A stretch of 64,000 nucleotides of DNA from assembly GCA_965644495.1 (NCBI GenBank), contig CBFFSA010000021.1:119756-183755 (forward strand), given 5' to 3'. Both the position numbers and the translations under genes were made by a program. Positions 31,012 to 40,900 of the stretch are shown one piece after another; within the stretch, counting starts at the first letter, position 1, and the number at the start of each line of letters is the position of its first letter. The notes under the pieces are model-generated. The model was not told the origin of the DNA. It saw nothing but the letters and a program-made list of their open reading frames with translations, and did not search any database. This DNA comes from Perkinsela sp. CCAP 1560/9. Taxonomy: Eukaryota > Protista > Euglenozoa: Kinetoplastea.

Positions 31012-31548
31012 ATGTCCCTTGACACTAGCGTCGGCGAAGCTGGCAGTGCGACAAGTCGTTCTATGCGCGACATCACAGATCTTCATTGGGAAATTAATCA
31101 GGCTTTGAAATCCGTGAAGCCTACTCTTCCATGTCTTGTGCATTTGCGCATTTGCGTATCACAAGAATATTCGGAGGAAAGTGCACAAACAAAGAGAGGT
31201 GATTCCGTCTTTATTTTACCGCTGTACATAAAACCTGAGCATACGTTACAACAAATTGGCACGACAATATATCAAAGGGTTATGTTACGTCGAATCGTGG
31301 GGAATGATCAACAAAGAATCATACCAGTATCAAAAGAGCTTTCTTTTTGTGCAAACCAGATAGGCTTAGATCTAAGACTTTTGAAACCCATAAAGCAGGT
31401 AACGTTTTCCACGCCAGATATGTTCAAGCAATCTTCATGTAATAAAGATATTGCGACGATTTATCCTGGACAGACACAAGAAAATACTGCTACACTAGAC
31501 AGTCTGCACTGGCGTCCAGGAAGCTCGCTTCTTGCAAGTGTTCTATAA
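31012..31548 (+). CDS. SAP18-like ubiquitin-fold protein (tentative)
   Basis: PCLVHLR, LPLYIKPEHTLQQI and KDIATIYPGQTQENTATLDSLHWRPGSSL align by eye with SAP18 PxLLRVF, LQIYTWxDATLxEL and KEIGS..G....TLxxxxFxxGDYL. Confidence 0.5.
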   Translation: MSLDTSVGEAGSATSRSMRDITDLHWEINQALKSVKPTLPCLVHLRICVSQEYSEESAQTKRGDSVFILPLYIKPEHTLQQIGTTIYQRVMLRRIVGNDQQRIIPVSKELSFCANQIGLDLRLLKPIKQVTFSTPDMFKQSSCNKDIATIYPGQTQENTATLDSLHWRPGSSLLASVL

Positions 31549-31824
31549 TAAAACAACATACACGAAGTACATAAATTTTAGATGCTCTGGGGCTCACCCA
31601 CCTTCATAGAATGTGACGCTGTAGTTTTCTACGGCTGTAGCTCTAATTTTATGCCGATGCCGCAAATTTCGACGTTGGGAAGTTGGCATCAAATATTGTC
31701 TACATAACGAGAACGCTAGGAAATTCATATAGAAAAGTAGTAATTCAGATGTCTTAAATGACGTTTACAATTGTAATGTTTTGCTATGAAGTGACTATAG
31801 ATATTCGACGAATATATATGTATT

Positions 31825-33807
31825 ATGAGATTATATGCCACTGCTTGGAATTTCGGAGCTGGAAAACTGAGAGCTGAAATCTCCCAACCCCAAATACGTC
31901 CCCTGAAATGGATACTAGGCGAGAACGAAATGTCAGCTCAAATGATCGAAAAAGACGCCCAGTTGCAAGAATTGAGCATCGCAAGCCGAAATAAAGGTTT
32001 TACCTTAAGGCTTGGGAAAATATATCGATCGGAGAGTGAGCCACTTCTTGTGTTTCTATCACTTAGACATAACTTGTCAGATAAGGAAACATTTTATACC
32101 ACTGTTGATGTCTCTCCGCACATGCATGACTTCTTATGTACTTGCGATGACCTTGTCCTTAATTTCGCCTCTTGTGAAAATTATGAAATCAGTGAACACT
32201 GCAATCCGTTATTCATTAATCCTTGTTATCTATTCCGACCGCATCTAAGAGATAAGATAGATTATCCATATTGGATTTATCTTTCTGTAAATAATGCGGC
32301 CTCCGATGCTCAACTCACTGGAATGCTGGCAGCTATTCGTTTAGAATACAGATTACAATCCGGAGCGAATGGGACAAACGATATGTCTATGTTACTTGAA
32401 GACCTTGTTCACAATCAAGGTATCAGTTCAGCATCTTATACGACAATTCCCAAGATATCGGAAGTCATACATGAAGATCCAATAAAGAGCAGGTTACTAC
32501 GCCTAGAAGAATGTATACCTCTGGCCTCGGTTATTCTTCCCGGTAAGCTATATGTCGGCGGTGCAGAACCTGCAAAGGACCGAACACAGCTTCTTGCACT
32601 TGGCATTACACGAATCATCAACTTGAGCCCATCTAGTGTGCCGAACTACTATCCGGATTTGTTTTCATATGTAACGGTACCGGTCTATGATACCTCCTCA
32701 GAGGACATTGGAGCTCTGCTTCCATTTATTCTTCGCGCCATAGAGGGATCATCCAGTACGGAACGGCGTTTTCGTAGCTGTGTTCTAGAGGAAGATAAAT
32801 CGGACCTTTTCGAAGAGTCATTTGTAATCTATATGCATTGCCAACAAGGCGCTTCTCGGTCAGTTGCTTTTGCGGCGGCATATCTTATGTGGCGCTTCGG
32901 GATGTGCACCGATTCGGCGTTAGGACACATTAAAAACAAGCGGTCTATTGCAAGTCCGAACACCGGTTTTCTAGCACAATTGTTTGTTTATCAGGAAAAA
33001 TTGTCGAATCATGTCGCGCATGACTTCTATAGAGTCGGATACTACTTCGAACAAGACTGGGTATCGCGGTGCGAGGAATATGACATTTTCTTGGAAAACG
33101 TAAATGTTGTCAGTAATGCTCTACAGAATCCTCTAGTCTTGCACAAAGTGCACAGCGCAATACAGGATGAAGATATAACTAATGTTTCCTTCAATCAAAT
33201 ACAACTGGATTCCAGGTTTATTTACCTCCTGGAAACCTATAACTGCAGAGAAGATGTCGACGCATTGCACAACGGATTCTCTTCGCTTTGCCAATGGTGG
33301 ATTCCCCAGAACCTATTCTCCGAGCTCCAGGGGGGTGACACGAAAAATATTTCATCATGTGTTCTGTCCAGAAGTAGTCGACGATTTTTTTCTGACTTGC
33401 TGACTTGCACGTTTTCGCATATACGCTTTAGCCAATACACGAGGGACTTCTGTGAAGCCACTTCTAGCATTCTTTCGAGGCTTGTGGATCTTAATTTAGA
33501 TGTTTACGATATACAATGCAAGCAAGCTCAATCCAGCACTCGAAATGGAACTTCCATCATTTACCCTCTACGCTCTCTGCGTCTTACAGGAGGTGACGAA
33601 ACAGCTTTTACGTCACCTTTAGATGGATCAGTAAATGCGGACGACTGCGGAGACATTCATTATTCAAAATTTGAGTTGCCTATTCGTGTAACAAGTTATG
33701 GAACTGTAACACATAAAACAAGACCCAAAGAGCTAGTTCAAGCTGTACACCATCCCGGATTGAATGGTGCATTAAAGATGCTTAACGATACGTACTTAGC
33801 TCCGTAG
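31825..33807 (+). CDS. Dual-specificity protein phosphatase
   Basis: LYVGG, GITRIINL, VYD loop, HCQQGASRS (CX5R), AYLM and R.IASPNTGF. Confidence 0.9.
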   Translation: MRLYATAWNFGAGKLRAEISQPQIRPLKWILGENEMSAQMIEKDAQLQELSIASRNKGFTLRLGKIYRSESEPLLVFLSLRHNLSDKETFYTTVDVSPHMHDFLCTCDDLVLNFASCENYEISEHCNPLFINPCYLFRPHLRDKIDYPYWIYLSVNNAASDAQLTGMLAAIRLEYRLQSGANGTNDMSMLLEDLVHNQGISSASYTTIPKISEVIHEDPIKSRLLRLEECIPLASVILPGKLYVGGAEPAKDRTQLLALGITRIINLSPSSVPNYYPDLFSYVTVPVYDTSSEDIGALLPFILRAIEGSSSTERRFRSCVLEEDKSDLFEESFVIYMHCQQGASRSVAFAAAYLMWRFGMCTDSALGHIKNKRSIASPNTGFLAQLFVYQEKLSNHVAHDFYRVGYYFEQDWVSRCEEYDIFLENVNVVSNALQNPLVLHKVHSAIQDEDITNVSFNQIQLDSRFIYLLETYNCREDVDALHNGFSSLCQWWIPQNLFSELQGGDTKNISSCVLSRSSRRFFSDLLTCTFSHIRFSQYTRDFCEATSSILSRLVDLNLDVYDIQCKQAQSSTRNGTSIIYPLRSLRLTGGDETAFTSPLDGSVNADDCGDIHYSKFELPIRVTSYGTVTHKTRPKELVQAVHHPGLNGALKMLNDTYLAP

Positions 33808-34024
33808 ATGATCCATGTGTTTTATTGTGATCTGCCTAGGCATGTGCAGGCATGCTCACCTTTGAATACATGCGTATTAAACAGTACTGAAGTATTAGCA
33901 GAATCCACTCGTTTTGTGCATTTCCAACGGTTGTTTATTTGTCGTTGATACTAAATTATTTATAATCATTTGTAGTTTCTTTGTATTCTGTAGGCTTGTA
34001 CTGATTTTTTATTTGTCTTGAGAA

Positions 34025-36535
34025 ATGCTTGATGAGACTTCTGAAGTAGATTATTACCAAACTCTAAACGTCGAGGCCGATTGCTCACAGGATGCAATAA
34101 AGAAAGCCTTTCGATCCGGAAGCGAACAATATCACACAGATAAGCATGCAGGTCAGAATGAGGAGCAGCAAAAACTCATGAATTCTCGGTTTCAGACTCT
34201 AAATGAGGCCTACCAAGTGCTGAGCGATCCGCGAAAACGTGTTGCATACGATAAATTTGGCAGAATAGGGGTGGACCGTTTTCTCCCGCTTGTCCCTGCC
34301 ACATTCGAGGGTGAACGACTGACTTATGGGTTGGATATTCTTGCCGCCCGGCAGGAACTAGCGCGCAGACAAAGCCATTCAACTGCTACAAGTGATTTAG
34401 AGATTGGTCTGGATGTACAACCGCTGAGCCAACGGTTGTTCGGGGAGGATGCGCCGTCTGCTACTCCAGAGACAGAAACCGAGATTGAGGATAGCACAGA
34501 GACTTTTCCAGAAGAGCGCGAAGCAGAACATGAGGGTAAACCCGTGGTCGATACCTCTATTATGGAGGACGCAGATGAAATGACGAAAGCAACCGAGACC
34601 AAGCTGAAATCTGTAGGAGCCAGCAATGTACCCTTCATCCCAGGGGTTGTAGAAGTCGATGGGAAAAAGAAAGTTGTGCTTATTCCTCAGTCCGAGGAAG
34701 TTCAAAAAAAGCTGGCCTCACGTCTTGGTATGCGCGTAGATGACACCAAGACTACTCCGCTAATTTCGATTTCCCGCCCACCCAAAACCCCCCTTCTCCG
34801 GGCTCTGCGCCTTTCACACAGTTTTCAGCAACCTATTGGCTCCAACACGATTAAGTTCTTTGCCTCTACACGGGCGCTGCAACCAGGCACTGGCATACTA
34901 GTAGGGGCAGACCTCTTTGCACCCCTTAGCGCGTGTGCCCAGGCGGGTGGGAAAGTCGTGCTTGGACCAGGGGGATTCAAATGCAGCTTGAGCTATGACC
35001 GCCAGCTCTCCCCATATTGGGGATGGAAGGAGAGGATTCACGTTGGGTGTGGAAATCGCGAGCTCGACGTCACGCCCATTAAGGCGGGCTGGTATACAGG
35101 GATGACCTTCAGTCTCCGTAGGAAATTGTCGCCATCGCTGAAGGGTGAGCTATCACTTACCGTGAATTCTCGACGTTATGGAACCTCTGTGCCACAGGAA
35201 ATAGAGGTTCCTTCCACGGCACTGCAACTGACAGTTCTGAACCATTCGGAAACGTCTGCGAGTGGCACTATGTGGCAGGGCATGCTCAATTTGGGGTACC
35301 AAACATTATCTTTTGCAATCGTGCGCCACTTAGAAAATTTTGACCCCAGACTTTCGAATTTACTTGATGCAAGAGCTACAGAAGAGAGAGTTACGACGAG
35401 TGGAACAAGACTATCTTGGACAACTATAGTTTGGCGAGCTTTAATTCCGATAATAGCCGTTACGCGCAGTGCCTTCTCCAAGGCATTAGAATTTTCTCCA
35501 CTCCCCACGGGTAGAAGGACATCTCGCAAGCATAAAAATCCTGTGAAGGAACGCGAACCCGATACATTGAAACCAGGTTATACCGAGTCCATCTCAAGCA
35601 GCACAGAGGAAGACGACTCCGACGATGAAAGTGAAGCAAGCGATGACGAAAATCCTGCAGTGATCCCAACAAGCACCACCGCTCCACTGAGTGCGCTTGC
35701 CACCGAGGCACCGAAAAAACCTCGACTGTCGGCCACGCAAAATGGCATGCTGGATATTTTCCACGCCCGCGTGGTATACAACACAGAGTGGTGGCTGCGA
35801 ATCACAAAATACCACCAGTTCGGGCTTCGGGTCTCCACCTCGTTTCCTCTTTTTGGCGTTCCCTGGTTCGCCGTGCTGGAACTCTCACCTGGATACCGTC
35901 ATATGCAGCACACAATTCGAATTCCTCTGCTGTGTTCCACTTCTACCCGAGTTACTGTCACAGCATTGTGGTCCCTGGTGCCCTGGACCGCATGTAGACT
36001 TCTTTCGCGATTTGTACTTTGTCCTCTATTGATGCTGTATCGGTTGCGAAAAGCAGCGCGCCATCGTACAGAAAACAAAGAGCATATGTGGGCTTCTTAT
36101 CACCATGCGTTACAGGAGCAGACTGCGTTGCTCGGTAGCACACCTGAACCACTGATTGTTGGAGATTTAGCTTGTGTAGGGCAACTTGAAATTATTAAAG
36201 CAGAGTATGGTGTGCTACAGCGCACTTCTTTTTTCAAAAAACAAGGGTTTAAGCCTGAAATTTTTAGGGATAGTAAGGAATCTGAATTACCTCCATCACC
36301 GCCCCTTAGTATTGATGTTTGCAGATCGCTACAGCAAAAGATTGAAAATAACTCAATTTTTCTTGCAAAGGGGTCAAAATCAGCACTCGCTGGATTTTAT
36401 GACCCAGAACCTACAGGTTACATACGAAAGCAGCTGCGCATCGAGTATAGATTTCGAAACAATTACCATTCCGTTACATACGACGACATGGACATTGTGG
36501 AGATTCCATTAGAAGAGCATGCAAAGCGTAGATGA
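34025..36535 (+). CDS. DNAJC11: DNAJC11-like J-domain protein with a DUF3395-type C-terminus
   Basis: N-terminal J domain (DYYQTL..IKKAFR..YHTDK..AYQVLSDP.KR.AYD); C-terminal SKS.L.GFYDP...KQLRIEYRF. Confidence 0.8.
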   Translation: MLDETSEVDYYQTLNVEADCSQDAIKKAFRSGSEQYHTDKHAGQNEEQQKLMNSRFQTLNEAYQVLSDPRKRVAYDKFGRIGVDRFLPLVPATFEGERLTYGLDILAARQELARRQSHSTATSDLEIGLDVQPLSQRLFGEDAPSATPETETEIEDSTETFPEEREAEHEGKPVVDTSIMEDADEMTKATETKLKSVGASNVPFIPGVVEVDGKKKVVLIPQSEEVQKKLASRLGMRVDDTKTTPLISISRPPKTPLLRALRLSHSFQQPIGSNTIKFFASTRALQPGTGILVGADLFAPLSACAQAGGKVVLGPGGFKCSLSYDRQLSPYWGWKERIHVGCGNRELDVTPIKAGWYTGMTFSLRRKLSPSLKGELSLTVNSRRYGTSVPQEIEVPSTALQLTVLNHSETSASGTMWQGMLNLGYQTLSFAIVRHLENFDPRLSNLLDARATEERVTTSGTRLSWTTIVWRALIPIIAVTRSAFSKALEFSPLPTGRRTSRKHKNPVKEREPDTLKPGYTESISSSTEEDDSDDESEASDDENPAVIPTSTTAPLSALATEAPKKPRLSATQNGMLDIFHARVVYNTEWWLRITKYHQFGLRVSTSFPLFGVPWFAVLELSPGYRHMQHTIRIPLLCSTSTRVTVTALWSLVPWTACRLLSRFVLCPLLMLYRLRKAARHRTENKEHMWASYHHALQEQTALLGSTPEPLIVGDLACVGQLEIIKAEYGVLQRTSFFKKQGFKPEIFRDSKESELPPSPPLSIDVCRSLQQKIENNSIFLAKGSKSALAGFYDPEPTGYIRKQLRIEYRFRNNYHSVTYDDMDIVEIPLEEHAKRR

Positions 36536-36704
36536 GGGCTATTGTGGGCCTTGTAGAGTATGTAACAGGTGCGCATATTTATGAATGTTGAGCAAAAGCG
36601 TTGAATTGGAGAAGCAAAATTTTAACTCTCTTTTATCTGGATCTTCAAATAAAGTCTACCACGGATAGTCATAACACTTTCTCCATCTAATTTCATATTT
36701 ATTC

Positions 36705-37517
36705 ATGCTTCTTCCCAATACATACGCAGCAGATGATGCTTTACCTGCTCGCCCGGCCAAAGTTAGAGGCAACGCGCTGCCTGCTCAGTACGACCTTGCA
36801 CGTTTCCTACAAAACATCACAAACCTCCACCCTACTTGGACGACATACAATGACATAACTTCGTGGTATGGGGTAACGTGTGAGGAGGGAGAAGTCACTG
36901 AAATTCACTGGAATGGAATGTCACTACAGGGAACCATGAAATGGGCAGCGCTCCCCCCTACTGTCGTGCAGTTTGACGCAGGACAGAATGCAGTGGTCGG
37001 AACGCTTGAAACAGAAACGCTGCCACTGAACTTGCACCGTCTCAGAATGTACCAGAACAGGCTAGCGGGATTTCTAAATTTTTCTGCCTTACCCCCGGAG
37101 ATACAATACGTGAATTTAGCGAGCAATTTTTTTACTGGGGGCTTAACGCTTGAAGCTCTTCCGACCACATTATGCCGAATCTTGCTTCAAGGGAATGCGT
37201 TCAGCGGCGAGTTGGACCTTAGTGCACTACCCCCAAAATTAGACTCCATGGGGCTTCATGATAATAATTTGGAAGGTCCCGTGGAGCTTCGTTTTTTGCC
37301 GGAAAGCTTGGGCGTGTTGTACTTAAGCCTGAATCGCCTTTCAGGAGTGGCCTACCTGGACAAGCTCCCGAAAGAATTAACAGTGCTGCGGTTGTCCGAC
37401 AACTGCTTTGAAGGTTTTGTACCTACTCCTCCGCCGTTTCACGTGCAGTACGTGAGACAAGGAAATGTTGAGCGATGCGGCAAACGTTTGGCAATCCTTG
37501 CTCAAGGTAGGTCTTGA
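36705..37517 (+). CDS. Leucine-rich repeat protein (same family as 29640-30539)
   Basis: N-cap WYGVTC followed by LPxxLxxLxLxxNxxxG repeats. Confidence 0.85.
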   Translation: MLLPNTYAADDALPARPAKVRGNALPAQYDLARFLQNITNLHPTWTTYNDITSWYGVTCEEGEVTEIHWNGMSLQGTMKWAALPPTVVQFDAGQNAVVGTLETETLPLNLHRLRMYQNRLAGFLNFSALPPEIQYVNLASNFFTGGLTLEALPTTLCRILLQGNAFSGELDLSALPPKLDSMGLHDNNLEGPVELRFLPESLGVLYLSLNRLSGVAYLDKLPKELTVLRLSDNCFEGFVPTPPPFHVQYVRQGNVERCGKRLAILAQGRS

Positions 37518-37926
37518 ACCAGTGGTGCCAGTAAATCTCGTAATTTCTGATCTTTCTTTCACGTACACATGCTCGTTACGCCCAAAGGATATTTGCTCTG
37601 GTCCACTTCATATTTTAATCTTGAAAAGATGTAAAATATTCTTTTTGAAGATACCTTTCAGATGTTTATTTTTTATTTACTCTACGACGCCGTGCTTTCG
37701 CTCCTCAAAATTATCAGTGTTGAGTCTGGTACGCTTAGGCACGTTGCGTCGAAACCTAGGGGCATAGTATCTAATCAAACTTCACGCACTATGAATTACA
37801 ATAATATCACCTATTACGCAAGCAGAATAGTTTTTGAACAATTAAACAATTTCCCGAGGAATTGATTGAACGTATTTAGGATTTACTCTATATGTATCAT
37901 ACATGTTCTGCACTTAGACAGTATTC

Positions 37927-40900
37927 TTGGATTGCCCCAACAACTGCTACTTCATGCTGTTGAAATATTCCGATCAGAATGGCCAGCAGCTGTACAGAGA
38001 CGGCGAAGGGCCTGAGGCAAATCTCATTTGGTGTGATAATAAAATGTTGCGCTTGAACCTCCATATTCCTCATCTGGGTGAAGCGGGGATCGTGACGTCT
38101 GATTCTCAAGATAAACAAAGCATATCATCTTCGGCGTCGACGATTTTTTGCACACACAAATGTTCTTTTATAACGTTGGGCGAAGCGGAAAGACACGAGC
38201 TAACGATCTATGACACGGCGACCGAGGATATACAAGTCTTACCGCTCGATAATTTTCAACCACATCAATTAATTCCATTGAGCCATTACAGAGGTGTAGT
38301 TCTCATAGGTTCCACTGCAGTTACTAGATCCGATTTGAAAAGGTCAGAGCACAGCATTGCGTATTTTGTTAATCTAGAAGGTTCTCTGCACCCCATGCAG
38401 TTGTATCCGTTGGAACTATTGAGCTTTATTTCAGAGGAGCTGTACTCGTGTACTCCTAAAAAAAGCTTCCCGGCCTGTCAATTCGAGCCAGCGTCTATCC
38501 TAAAGGTGTTGGATATCACAAACGTGGATGCCTGTGCATTGCCTGCGTCGGTATTGACGACGAAAGACGATACAAAAGAGATTGGGTGCTATTTAGCGGT
38601 GATATGTGTGTTGGACATCGATTCCACACCTACGAAAAATAATGAGCATTCCCTTCAACATTACAGACTGCTACTCATTGCATTTGAGTTATCTCCTTGT
38701 GGATCCAAGCTTCGATGCTTTCCTTTGTCATACTTTGATCAGTGGAATTCATCGGGGTGTTCGTTAAGCGATGTCAGCGCTGCGCTTCAAATTCTTCATA
38801 CTGAAGATGACTTCATGGCGTGTATAGCCGTAAAGCATCCCGGTAAAGCTTTTCCTTTGGTAGATGACCCTTCTGGGGATGCCCACTCCTGGTGGATATC
38901 TTTGTACAATTACGACCTGCAAAAAAAGAACATTTTAAACTTACAGAAATGCCAATGGAATCTAGTACGCACGTTTCCTGTTGCATACCTCTCTCCCGGA
39001 TTCGTTATCAATTCACCCTCGGAATGGCCAGATATTTCTCTATCTCCAATGAGATGTCCTTCTGATGCGTACTTGTGGTCAAAAGTTGAACTTTTGAAAT
39101 GTCCCGAAACAAGGATGTTCATTTTTTTGTTGGAAATGACAGAGCAAATGTCTACTCGATCAACTTACGGGTATTATTATTTCCGTCCAAGAGACGGCAC
39201 GATAATTCCGGAAAATGACGTTCTGACGTTTACCGTTGAAAGGACACTGGATCTCTTGCATCAGAACAGGCACGATTCGGGACTACTAAGATCGCTCGAA
39301 CCATATGATACTCAAACAGGGGCATGTTTGAAGAATTTCCATCAAGTTTACCTAGAACATGCCCGCATCTCCTGTTCACTTCTAAGAGAGTTTCTTTATC
39401 TTGTACAAGAATCTGTCTGCGATACTACAGCCATGTATATTCGATCGTGGATAATTTGCAATAAAAATAAACCAAATGCCAACCAGACAGAATTTGCAGC
39501 TGCAGACCACGATTACGAAGACATCAAAAATGAATGGTTATATCTAAAGGAATATATTATTCGATTTGTTGGCACACAGAATTATGAGAGTGTTTCTGCG
39601 GAACGTGCTTTGAGTGCGACAGAGGATAAATCGCGGTTCCTCTCAAGCGCTATTGGGAACCACATACTTGCTAGTCTTCACTTACTGCGTGAATCAGTTT
39701 TGCTACAAGAGAAATATAGAAATGCATATTTAATGGTGCCTTCACTAATCGCTTTAGCAAAAGTAATAGGAGCCTGTAGTTATGAAAGGTACTATCAATC
39801 TTTTAACGATGCTAACGGACGCCTCCTTGAGGAATCTGTGTACGACCTGGAAGCGAAAACGGGAAAAGAAGATTTTCATTCACTTGTGATCTTGATTAAG
39901 CAGTCACACTTCAAAATAGCTCCATCGCATCTTTATAACGTAGTTTACCGAATATGTCAATACTTTGACGAGCAGTGCGTTCTGGATATTGAGACCTTAA
40001 TTAAATCTAGTCTTCGGAAAATAGTATCGTGCGCGGGCAGGCCACCAAGTAGAGCGTTTGAGCGTCATATTCCGAATTCTTTGTTTAAAAAGTACAATAA
40101 CATTATGTACTTATTCTCCATCATTTCATTTTTGCAGAGCACTGAGGAAAAGTACACAAATTTGACCGAAGCAATCGGTGTGCGTCATTCATGGTGGAAC
40201 AACTGGGAATCTATACGGAACGACGAACAGAAACACTTTTCTATTCAAGACGTAAATTACACTTACAGAAAAGGTGAAAAAAATCCCGCGGTTTTCCGAA
40301 TACTCAACGTAGCGGCGCAGCAACTCTGCGAATTAAACTCCTCTGTGGGCACGTCACTAAGAATTGAATTTAGAAAAAAAATTCTTCAAAATAGAGCTAC
40401 AGGCACAACGTCACAATTTTATGTTTTCATCGATAAAATAGAAATGATAAATGAGTCTTTGGAAGAGGGAAATCGTACTTTAGCATTGCAATTGAACGCT
40501 TCTCACACCTTAAAAATAGATAATTACGAGCAGGGCAACGACGTGCAGCCGATTCTGCGAAGACGGATGCTCAAAATATTGACACTACCCCTAGCACGTG
40601 GCCTACTTGGTCTGGCATCCCAAACTACGAATTCGATAAATCGGACTTCAGTGAAGAAATTGCCTCTTATCGCTTTGGAAGGAGTTGCGGAAAAGCTTAC
40701 TTTTGAAATCCAATGGAGTCAAGTAGAAGACATGTACCGAGATACGACGAGCACAGAAATAACTTTACATGGTTCTGTTCGTTCCACATTTATGTTTTGG
40801 GCTATTTTTCACAATGCTTGTTCGCACGGTTTAGCATTAATGCCTAATGCACGAGCCGACCCGAGTAAGATTTACTCAATAGAATACGCGAAGTCTCTAT

